64,000 bases of DNA, taken from NCBI RefSeq assembly GCF_021028975.2, contig NC_059433.1, forward strand, positions 87,296,001-87,360,000, in the 5' to 3' direction. The notes below the pieces were generated by a model. The model was not told the DNA's origin. It saw only the letters and a list, made by a program, of their open reading frames with translations, and did no database searches. This DNA comes from Sphaerodactylus townsendi (taxonomy: Eukaryota). The position numbers and the translations under genes were made by a program. This document shows positions 13,501-25,500 of the stretch, piece by piece (position 1 is the stretch's first letter; every line of letters begins with the position of its first letter).

Positions 13501-16500
13501 TTCAACTACTCTCCCTCCCTTTCCGTTATGAAGCAGAGGTTTTAAACTAGTGCAAAAAGAAACATTCTTAGTTGAAGACTTTCAGCCTAGTACAAGAGAC
13601 TCAAAGAGGCTTACAAACTCCTTTCCCTTCCCCCGTCACAACAAACACCCTGTGAGGAAGGTGGGGCTGAGAGAGCTACGAAGAGCTGTGACTAGCCCAA
13701 GGTCACCCAGCTGGCATGTGTTGGAGTGTACAGGCTAAACTGAATTCCCCAGATAAGCCTCCACAGCTCAGGCGGCAGAGCGGAGAAAAGGGTAAACATT
13801 CAGATAAGGCCATGTTCCTAAAGACAGAGCTTTCAGGAGATCTAAGGGGAAAATCAGGAATTTCACAAGAATACATTACACCACTGTTCACTATAATATT
13901 CCTAGAGACACATGGTTATATTAGAAGATATTCTCCATTCACAATGTGCAACTTTTGCTCTCTGTTTTTGTATTATTAGTTCCAAACACAGCAATTTATT
14001 CCCTTACAGGGTACCTGTAGAATTTCTGCATCACAATACACACTCCAGCACCTACCATCATGCAAGCACAGGCCATGTCATGCAGAAGACCTTTGACTAG
14101 AATTTATGTTTTTGCAAGATAAATGAACTTCCATGTTAAAACATTAGGCTTTTCTTTATATCCTTATAGAACCCAGTCAACTCAGAATTATCAGAGAGGC
14201 AGCTTTAGACACAGGGTAGGAGAAGCTTCAGAGGCCAACATGCTTATAAAACACATCGAATTTTTATGATTTTTAAAAGAATTAATAGATATTTAAAAAG
14301 AATGTTTTGAGTAATTTACACAAAACAACTAAGATCATTTGGAGTAAGGAAGCTGGGATAAATGTATCCAAGTCAAGCCTAACTGAACTGTTCCCTGTCC
14401 TAGCAGGTGATAAAATACAGTCATTCACTTAAGCTCAACTTCATTGTTGCACCTGCCATGACCCCACAGAGATATCTTCACAGCTTTTGCCTCCAACTTG
14501 CCATTATTTCATTTATTTATCATATCTACTCAGTATCTGGTTACTCTAGTTTATATAGCTTAGATCTTGCAATCCCACCCAGATCTCAGTCAATCAGTGA
14601 GGGCAGACCTACATTTCAGTTCTCAAAACCACCTTTGAGTTGCATTTCTCCAGCCCAGCAAGACATTCGGTCTTGATGTCTCTTTCCTTTGTGTGGAACT
14701 GAGCAGAACTGTTTCCTTCCCCCCCTAAAACCAACCTTATTAAGTGTAACAAGAACCAAATGAGGAAATTGGTGGAAATTGTTCCATTCCTTCACAGGAC
14801 TAATCTAGTCATGGTAACCGGTATTGTAAGCAAATAAAAAAATCAAACACACATCAAAGCAATTAATGTCAATTTCCCCCTGTATTTCAAACTGAAGATC
14901 ACTTACAAGAGGAAGCCAGAAAGCCATGCCCCAACCTTTGGGCAGCAAAATATCCCAGCCACTTCCCCAACCTGGTCGATCTTCTCCAGCTATTTTTCCA
15001 GGCTGCTGAATCAGAAGTATAGGAATCTTGGATTCTTGTGGGCCCAAGTCAAGATATGATCCGGGTACCAAGAGTTTACTTCTCAAACTATTTAGGTTCT
15101 GAGATGATAAAAGCAGACAAGACACTCTAAAATCAAGAACGTTTTTTTCAAAGGAGGTAAAACTCAAAACAATACCACTTAGATTTACATGCAAGTTTAT
15201 TTTTCCCTCAAGGTAAACTGGAATCTGAGAACCATAGGAGTTCTTTGTAAAAAGTGAGGGCAAGCCCCTCCCACATCCATCTGAACAACATGAAAACAAA
15301 GTCCTCTCAGTTTTCTAGGAAAAAAGGAGCAGGGCCTTTGCCTCACACGAATGGGACAGAACCAGCTCACAGTTACCTGCAATAAACTAGCTTCCTAACT
15401 GCCACACAGCAATAGCCTTAAAGCACGTTGATTCTGTGACCAGCCTCAGCCTCCATGGCACCATCTTGCGATGGCGTCTACTCAAAATTCACAGGCTCAA
15501 CAACGCTGTAGATTTACATACATTAATATTTACCTTCTTCATAGCTATTGATGATGTTAAGAAGTTACCTGTTCTGGCATTTTATTTTCTGTGACACTGT
15601 TACAAACGTTCCGGTCCCAGAGAAAACTCTGCGCGCACTCTGCAGAGACACCTCCTAAGGTCAACTGTCTAATTTTCTCACCATCTAAGAAAACAAAGAA
15701 CCAAACAATAAACAAAGGGAGAAAGCACAACAGCAAACTACGGAAAGGTTATGAAACACTCTTAATCTTGTCCGTTTCCAGATTGTAGCCTGAAAGCGCC
15801 TATTGGTAGACTTCTCTTAGAAGAGTAGCAGACACTGTTCTTGATGCGAACGGTCTTAGGATTTTCAATAAAGGGTCATTCAATTTAGGAAGCAGTCAAC
15901 TGCTAAGAAGAACCTTTGAAACAGGGATTAAACACACTTTTATTGTGTAACACCCAACAATATCACAAATGGAAGTTGCCAGGTATTGAGAAGCAGAGAG
16001 GTCTCTCACAAGGCAAAGTGGCAAGGACGGCAGAACTGCCCTTGATTGAAAAGGCAAGGAAGGACCAAGGCACACAGCCAAAGCAGGTGCACTTTACCCA
16101 ACCTTCAGTTCCTGGCGCCAGTTAACAGGATCTCAAGCCACAGAGCAAGGAAAGGTATTCTGCAAAAGAAACTGGAGAATTGTTTCTGGTCAGAAGAGGG
16201 ATAGCTGGCCTTGATGGGACAATTCTCCAATTTGGTTACATTCTCAAGGAAGCAGCAGAGATCTAGACCTTAAATGGGAGAAAAGCCAAAGGGTTTTCAG
16301 ATAGATAAAGTTCTGCAAATTGGTTTTTTTTTTGCCCTTTACTAAAGAGAGGCATTTGCATGCAGAAAAAAAATGGTTAGAAATGAAATCATGACCTTGT
16401 GAACTTATCAGATTGGCAAACAAGGTTGATGTCACTGAATAATGAAATTCCTGGCTCTTAAAATAATTACAGAAAAGGTACCTGAAGCTGAATAAGAATA

Positions 16501-19500
16501 ATAGGCACATTTCACAGGCATGGAACTTTGAGCATTTCCCTAGTTCACCATGGAATTTATGTTCTCTAGTAGGCAGACATAAGCACACCTAAGCACACCT
16601 TTACAGGACTTAACAGAAGCTGAATGTTTATCTCAGGTTACAGCACCTGTTGGCCTCGCCAGGATTCGAACCTGGATCATCTGTATAGCTTAACAGAGGC
16701 TTCCACTGAGCACAAGACCATTTCGGTGCCATACCTTTCTCACAGCTGCTAACTGCCATATAATCCTCATTCATCATGCATGCCTCGACCTAGCAACTTT
16801 ATTACCTGGAACATTTCACAGTCATTAAGAGGACAGTGACAATTCAAGTTATTTTTGGTATTTTAATGCATGAACACTCTTTAATATGGTGGGTTAGTTA
16901 TGTTTCAGAGGACACTTTACCTTGATATTTTTCTGGATTTGGCATGGCTTTTGACCTCTTTTTCGGCAAATTCACTCGCGGATCCCCAACAGTCAAACCC
17001 AATACAGTACCTGACGGAATGTCTGAGGAACTTAACCCTTAAAAACACACACAAGAAAGGGATGCACCCTTAAACAGTTTCACCAATAAATATCAGTACA
17101 CAGAAACATGCTAGACTGCTGCTGCACAGTTCACATTTGGTTTACAAATGGGCAAGCAGCATCCACGCAAGAATGTATTCAATTACACCGTAACCAGGAA
17201 CCTCAATTAACTGTCTTTGGTTATGTGTTTAAAAGAGAAAATGTAAACCCTGAAGGGAGATATAGGAACGTTTCCCAGTCTGGTATTCAACCGACTCTAT
17301 CCCCTTCAGACTTTCGGTATTTCAGGACAAAGGGATGCTCCTAACCACATTCTGAAATAGAACAGACCTCCACTCCTTCCCACTGAAGATGCCCACTTTG
17401 CTTCCTGTCCTTTTCTTGGGATTCACTGCCCCACCCCGCACGGCAATGATTACACCAGACAGGATCCAACCCCATGTACAGTTTGCCAAAAGCAAAACTT
17501 AACACCCTGCCTTTAGATTTCCCCAGCTGAAAATCAAAGTCCTATGGATCTCCAAATGGCAATGAATTACACAACTTCTTTAAAAGATACCTATCTTTGT
17601 GAAAGCATTTTATATTCTCATTCTTTTTATGAGTGGCTATCTGTACCCCTTGAAAACTGCAAAAGTAACATTTTGTTTGAATGCTACTTTATTACACCTG
17701 GATAAACATTCCCTAAGAAGCCACATTCGAAGCCAAATAAATGCTGATTACCCTTTGATGAACTGCGGAATTAAGAATCCATGAGTGAAATCCTCACTAG
17801 ATAGAAGGGGAAGGAGCATGAGCAATATTTACCTTGCAAAAGATCAAAGATGGCTTCTTGACGATGATGAAGAGCCACCTGATCAGGATTTCTGCAATTT
17901 TCTGCCCACCAACTGTTAATTTCAGAATCTGTAGTATCCAGGTCCTAGGAAGACAGCGAATCCATATGAGACAGGGAGAAAAATAAAAGTTGGCTCCTGT
18001 AAAGCATTTCTGCCCATACAAAGTCTTTCACTGGAGGTAGAGGCTTCATACTGTTGTCTAGCTACCCTTCAATGCCTGTATCATGTAGTATTTCACCAGA
18101 ACTAGGGAAGTGGTTCTCAACCTTTCTAATGCCGTGACTCTTTAATACAGTTCCTCATGTTGCGGTGACCCCCAACCCTAACATTTAACCATTTTACAGA
18201 TGGAGAACACTGATGCAGACAGTCTTAGACAACCCCTGTGAAAGGGCCGTTCGACCCCCAAAGGGGTTGCGACCCATAGGTTGAGAACCACTGGACTAGG
18301 GCCTTCCAATCCTTAACATTGCCTAGAAAGCACTCACAAGTAGCTGGTGAGAAGACAGTATTGGGCCTCTCTCTCTTCCATTGACTTTGCACATGATCCA
18401 ACCCTTAGCCTGCTGAATAGCTTGTTGTGTCACATTTGTAATTCTCGCATAGGGCATCAGGATCTACACTAGAGCTGGTTAGAGCATAACTTTAAAAAAA
18501 ATCAATATCAAACTAACAAGTACTGGACAAGGTTTTTCATAAGTATCTCAATCCAAACACGAGCTGACACACTAGGTCGGATCCAGAGATGCATCAGTGG
18601 AAAGTTCTCATAGATTTTCCTTCCCACCCCAAGAAGCTGGGAAAGGGAAGGGGATAAAGTCGCACTTCCTGCCTCTTTGATCAACAAAGCTCTTTTTGTG
18701 GAACAAGAAGGCAGTGATGTTGCTCGCCCCACATCTCCCTCCTCACTGCAGTCCACCAAACCACAGGGCCATGAGTCCTCACAGGTCGCAGGGCCTTGCA
18801 AATAAAGTTCCCCAGAAGTGTAAAGAACTGCAAAGAGTAAGGGATTCAAAATCCCTGTACTGGATACAACACCAATATCCATGCAGCTGCTACACTTAGA
18901 ACATGCTTCTAGTGTGCTGGACGAGAGAGCTAGACTATCGGTCTGCCAGATCATATACAGGAGTGCCAAAGACTCTGGGCTCCAAGCACCATTTGTGGAA
19001 CTTCTGCTACCCAGTGGCCACACAAGGTATACACACAATATTCCCACAAAATCCCGATTTCATTTATTTCTAGAACTGGATTGTACTTTAATCCTTTTAA
19101 GACTCCATTCTTAAGCAAACCTTTACAATGTGAAAGCCCAGCAGATTTTATTAGCCATTCAGAGCACAAAATGCTCCATGGACATTTCTGAAAGGTTCTG
19201 CACTCTTGTATAAACACAAGTAACTAGTTTTACTGTTTCACATGGCTCTGGCATCTATCAGCATAACTATTCTAGCATTTGGGGCTGTGAACAAACATGC
19301 CAGCAATGGATTTTCTTACAGTATGGATGGCAGCAGCTTTGAGTGCCTCTGTAAGGACACAGGTTGAGAGAGGACCAACCAGTCTATATCGGAGGATCTC
19401 CATGGTCAAGTCACTGGAAGAAATAAGAGTTATACAGCAAAAAATGAATCCTGTAGTCATCAGACAGTTCAAGGACAGCGCAAAAGACCTTACAGTGCTT

Positions 19501-22500
19501 AAGTATGTAAATGCTACTACTTTTAAGAAATACCTGATCACTATCCCAGTAGTTTGAGATATCCAGCAATATGGCTGACAGGGGTCTCTGGTTCCATCAC
19601 CAATAATTTTTTTCACAGGGACAACCATTTCTTCATCTTTCCTCTTTCTTTTTTTGCCAGTTTCTTCAGCTACATCAGTTTTGTTTTCTTCTTGGGGCAA
19701 CGTCAGAGCAGGTTTGGGGTTACACAGTTCCAAGGGCTCAGTACAACGGCAGAGTGTTTTCAGCTCAGCCAGAATGTCCTAAGTGAGAGAGATTGAGAGG
19801 AAAGTTCAAATTTGATGAGGTCATCTTCTCAATAGATTAAGGGACATGGTACTACTTGTGGAAAGACTGAAGACTGCAGGAAAAGAGGAAAAGAGGAAGA
19901 CCCAACATGGATTGGACTGTATAAAGGAAGTCACAGCCCTCCAGTTTGCAAGGCCTGCGGAAGGCTTTTAACGCGAGGACATCTTGCAGGACATTGATTC
20001 ATAGGGTTGACATGAGTTGAAAGAACCTGACAGCACTTAGCACAACACACATTACTTGTGGAGTGGGCCTACAGATTGACTTTGAAGGTATGTACGCTTA
20101 ATATCTTGCAGCCTCCTGACCGCATGGCTATTAGACAGAGGCGTAGCTGGGTCAAACTGCACCCGGTGTGCATTCTAATTTTCCGCCCCCATGGCCACCC
20201 CCTCATGGTGCCCCCCCTTCCCACACTTACCTTAGTTCCTTTCCTTTTTCAGAACTTTTTCAGGCTGTAAAAGGCCTGTTCTCAGTAAAAACGGCCTGAT
20301 GGGAACTATACTTCCCAGGAGACCTTGTGAACCCCAAGGTCTCCTGGGAACTGTAGTCCCTCAGGCCGTTTTTACTGCAAACAGGCCTTTTGCAGCCTGA
20401 AAAAGTTCTGAAAAAGAAACTAAGGTGAGTGTGGGAAGCGGGGTGGGGGGGTGCCGCAGGGGGGAAAGGGGGAGGGGCCTGGGGGTGATTTTCCGCACCC
20501 CCCAGGCGTGCGCCTGGTTCACAGCGCACCCCCCACCCCCTTGAAGCTTCGCGACTGCTACTAGATCACACGGGTCCCATGATCCTGGTAATAAGCTTTC
20601 TGTAGGGCCAGAATAGATTGCTGGGAAGAGGGAAATGTGGGAAAAAGATGTGACCATCAGCACCTTCCACTGATGGAATCCAAATTCCACACAATTTCAG
20701 CAGTACAATCCAAGATGAAAAATGTCAGCTCATGTTCATCCTCTTTGGATACTTTCCCCCACCCCCTCAAGATAACACCTGTGCACTGGACTGCCCATGA
20801 CATCTGTCCCTGGGAGGTACTCCAGACAGAGGCTTGCTTCTCATGTCATCACACATTATATAATGTGCATGGCAGAAGAGGAAGATGTGTGAACACACAT
20901 ACAAACCCTGTTCTTCTACCACAGGAAGCAAAGTGACTGCCAGGGAAATTTGGGAACTGGCCCCAAGTTTCTGCTGCAGAAGGAAAGGCTGCTGACATTT
21001 GCCAGAAGGTGACTGCACTTTTCAGTACTTCCTGCAACATAAGCATTTCACAGGTTTTAAGGGAAAACAAAGCAGCAAGGCTTATACCTCCTTAAAGGTC
21101 GGATGTGTCCATATCCACAACTGACGGACAGCAGAATCACTGTTGGATGCATTTCTGGCCTTCCAAAGAAATGTAACCGGACCAAGAGTGCCTTCAGGGT
21201 ACTGATCTTTTCGGTACAAAGTGAGAGCGCCCTGGCGCCTCCCAGCTAAGCAAGGAATAGCTGCAAATGTTGGCCCTGAGGAGGAACATGTTAAAAAAAG
21301 GCAGATGCTGTTTACCTTCCAAGGTCACCCTACAAGCTCCCATCAAGGTAGGGGATGGGCTCAGAGCCTCCTGACCCAGCATTTTTCAAAATATTACCTG
21401 TATCTACATTGCACATTCGAGCAAGGGCTGTTAGGAGTGCTTCCTCTTTTCCTACCAACTCCAGGCAACAGTAGTATGATAAATCCTGACAGAAAGAAAA
21501 GCTATTAAAATTAAATCTGGCATGAGCAGTAAGATAAGGCTAGATTTTTTAAAATAGAGTCAGTTTTCCAGCAGTAGTTAGAGTTCAAGGTGAAGGAAAA
21601 GAGATTCCACCTAAACATCAGGTAAAACTTCCTGAGAGTAAGGGCTGTTCGACAGTGGAATGCACTACCTCAGAGCGTGGTGAAGTCTCCTCCTTTGGAG
21701 ATTTCGAAAAGAGGCTGGATGGCCATCTGTCAGGAGTGCTTTGATTGTGTGTTCCTGCATTGCAGGGGGTTGGACTTGATGGCCTTCGTGGTCTCTTCCA
21801 ACTCTATGATTCTCATAACTAAACCTTACACTTTAGAGAAATGAGCCACATGTTCAACCCAGTGAACTGAAATAGATGGCGACTGAACACATCAAGCAAC
21901 ATTCTACTGAGTGAGACCCTTGCGCCTCCCTTGAGGTCAATACTGTCCAATGTGACTCACAGTAGTTCTCAAGAATCTCAGGCGGAGTCGTTCACATCCA
22001 ATATTTTTAGCTAGACTAAACCTGGAAGTTTTAGGATGCAAATCAGATGCTACAGCACCTAGAAACTGCTCCTTGCCTCCTTCAGCAGTGGCTGGAATAT
22101 GTCTTTTCAAATAAAAAAGGATCTGCTGTTAACAAAAGGCATAAGATGGAGTCAGGCCAAGCTGCCTAGCTAGAGAGTTCTGATAATCCTGCACCACAAT
22201 CACAAAGATGCTGTTATTGTGCCCTTGCAGATCTGTGTCAAAATCCAGGATGTGTTGTAGTTTCATCAACTTTACCTTTACGATATAAGGAAGTCTGTGG
22301 TAGGGAAAAGGAAAAGGTGCTTTTGGTGAAGGTTAAAAAAACCCAGCACTGTGAATTCATCCTGTAAGCTAAACAGAAGTGCTAATCAATCCTAGGTTGA
22401 AACCCTGTACTATTGTAAGAACTGCATTTAGCTACAAACATACAAGGCCAAAAAGTCTTCATTATTAATGGTTAGCAACCAGAGCCAACAGACATGGGGG

Positions 22501-25500
22501 GGAAAGAACAGGACCGCGTCTCACCGTATTGTCCTGCTAGGTCCTGCCACACGTCGGAGGGAAATCTGTTGGAGGTTCCTGACCCACGGGATATCCAGCT
22601 GGCCACTAGAAGGGCCAGGGCTTTTATGACCCTGGCCCCTAACTGGTGGAATAAGCTCTCGAGTGAGATCAGGGCCCTGTGGGACCTAAACTCTTTCCGT
22701 AGGGCTTGTAAGATGGAGCTTTTCCACCAGGCATTTCCATCTGGCCAGCTGGCCTAACCTGACTGTTATTCTCTTTGGCCTTCCATGGGCACAGCAGGGA
22801 GGGAGGGAAGTCCCCATCTGAGCTCATTCTATTGGTTCTATGTATCTGAACTGTTTTTATGACTGTTTTATTGTTTGCTGCCCTGAGCCCTGTTGAAGAG
22901 AGCAGGATATAAATAGAGAAATAAAATAAATAAATAAAATATAAAACTGGTCAGAGGCAGCCAAGTCAGTCAGCTTCATCTTTCTTCCTCCTGGGATGGG
23001 ATCTCAACTGCTCTACTAAAGAGGGCAACGAGTGATTTTAAGACCAACCAGTCACACATCCCCTCCTGCCCAGGTACAACATTCATAAACTTTCAGGGCA
23101 CCTGAAGCAGGCAGTGGTTCGCCATGGCTCGGTAGCAGGCCCGATAGCACTTGGTTGTGGGCCTGTCTCCTAAGCAGTAACCCCATTTCTTCACCATGTG
23201 AAATCGTTTCGCATGCCAGATGTGTGTTTCCAGCCAGATGTTTTTCTTCTGTCTGCGATTGAACTCGGCCACCAAGTTTATATGACGTCGCCTGGCTTTA
23301 CGACACTTGCTTTTTGGGAGTTCTTTTTTCTGATGTTCAGGTTTCTCTACCTGTATAGTTGGGGACATGGAGTAACTTTGTATTGCTGTCACAGGGACAG
23401 GACACCAGAATTATGTACAGCACAACCCCCACGTCAACTACCAAGTTTCTCGGCCTCCTCTGAAAGTGCCAGACTCCACAACTGAAAATAATTCTCTACT
23501 TTGTTTTGCAAAGGTACGTTTCACTGAACCTAATCCTCCTAGTACCCCAAATAACCTCAGCCGACTACCAAATTCTGATCTATCCTCCAATCAGTTGTCA
23601 GCAAACTGTCAATTAGCCACTTCACAAAAATATTTCTACCATTCTGCTTGATGAAACAACCCCTCCCCCAGCAGGTTTACAAGAAAGAAGGTCAAAGATA
23701 TAAATTTTCTACCGAAGGAGCCCCCAAAATTCACCTGTCAATAGATTGGCTGACATGAAAGAATACAGAACAGAAGCAAGCTGCTAAGTGGGCAGAGACT
23801 GCATGCATGTGGGAAGAAAAAGTTGAACTGTGCTTCTTAGCCGGAGAGCCAGCATGGTATAGCAGTTAAGAGCAGGTGGACTCTAATCTGGAGAACCAGG
23901 TTTGTTTCCTCATCCCTCCACATGAGCGGCGGAGGCTTGTCTGGTGAACCAAATTTGTTTCCCCACTCCTACATTCCTGTTGGGCTGGTCACAGTTCTCT
24001 CAGAACTCTCTCAGACCCACCTACCTCACAAGGTGTCTGTTGTGGGGAAAAGAAGGGAGAGAAAAGCTAAGCATAAATCCAAACTCTTCTTCTCTTTTAG
24101 GTGCCAGAAGCCAGTGCAGTTCACAAAGCACATGGAATAAGGGAAAGAGGACACAAGGGCCAAAGCAGAGTATCTGGAGGAGTAATCACACATCCCCATC
24201 CTCCAGAACAAGGGAAGCAAAAGCCTGCCACTTGACCAGATGGTCAACAGCAATGTCAGTTTCAGTCCTGCACATGAAACGGCAAGCAAAGTACACAGAA
24301 ATATCTCCCATAACCAGAGGAGTGGGGAGGGGGAGGGAATGGCACCGGGGCAACACCTGCTCCAGGCCCCCCCCCCCCGCTCCTACTTACCTGCTCCAGC
24401 GGTGGCCCAGCCAGGCTGCTCCTTTGACCAGCAGAGGCCCCACTGGCTGTAGGAGCAGCTGGGCAGGGCCAAGGGGAGGGGTGTGGGGGGCGATTCTCCA
24501 CCCCCCCCCACGTGACCTGCTGGCGTGCGCCTGGGGGCATGTGACCCCCAATTTCCCCGTGAGTGCTCCGCCTCTGCCCATAACCCACAAGACAGAAAAA
24601 CACCTCTGCTTTGGCAAGTTCACGGAGCCGCCTGGGCAGGCGCTTGATATTGTGGCTCATTGCCCGCCTTCTCATGTGCCTCGGCAGAGACTGAAACACT
24701 AAAGTGTTGGAAGACTTCTGCGCAGCTGCCTTCAGCATGGCCTTCATTTCAGCAGCACGAGCTCGAACAAAAGGAGAGACTGAAATTGAGAGGAAGAACT
24801 CCTTCAGAACGTGCAAGACGACAGATTATTCATTCAATTCATATGATATCCACTTACCTCACTGAGATTCAGGATGTATTGAAATATTAGAAAACAGGGC
24901 AACGGAGACCAGTGAAATACCAATAAAGAATGCAATATTTTAAAAAGCTGCCTAAAACTTTTCCTTGACTACAATTCCACCTGATGGGATTCTCCTCTGA
25001 AGAAATCAGTTCATAAAGCAGTGCGGCCAAGGCAATCGCAGCTAACTTCAAATCTCTTAATTAGGTAGAAGTGACTTACACTTTTTCCAGTTTTAAACAG
25101 TTCTATTTTTGTTACCTGCCTTGGGTCCCAGTTGCCTGGCAGATATCGCAACACAAACTGCAATGCTCAGCCAAAATTATTATCCTCCACTGGAAAAATA
25201 AAGCCTATCAAACACTTGAAGGAGCTTAATGTATGAATATAAAAAGCCGTGACAACTCTTAATAAGTTTTGGCTTCTTTCAAATTCTTTTTTTACCCTTC
25301 CTTCCCAGGAAAGTATAGGCTTGTAAATAACCACCTGCATGATTGCCTACACCCTACAGCCGTGGTGGCGAACCTTTGGCACTCCAGATGTTATGGACTA
25401 CAATTCCCATCAGCCCCTGCCAGCATGGCCAATTGGCCATGCTGGAAGGGGCTGATGGGAATTGTAGTCCATAACATCTGGAGTGCCAAAAGTTCGCCAC

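Noticed and set aside
23944-24702. 252-aa plus-strand ORF
   Set aside because: Runs through a SINE, a GC-rich transposon and antisense POP1 exon 4; no coherent protein.
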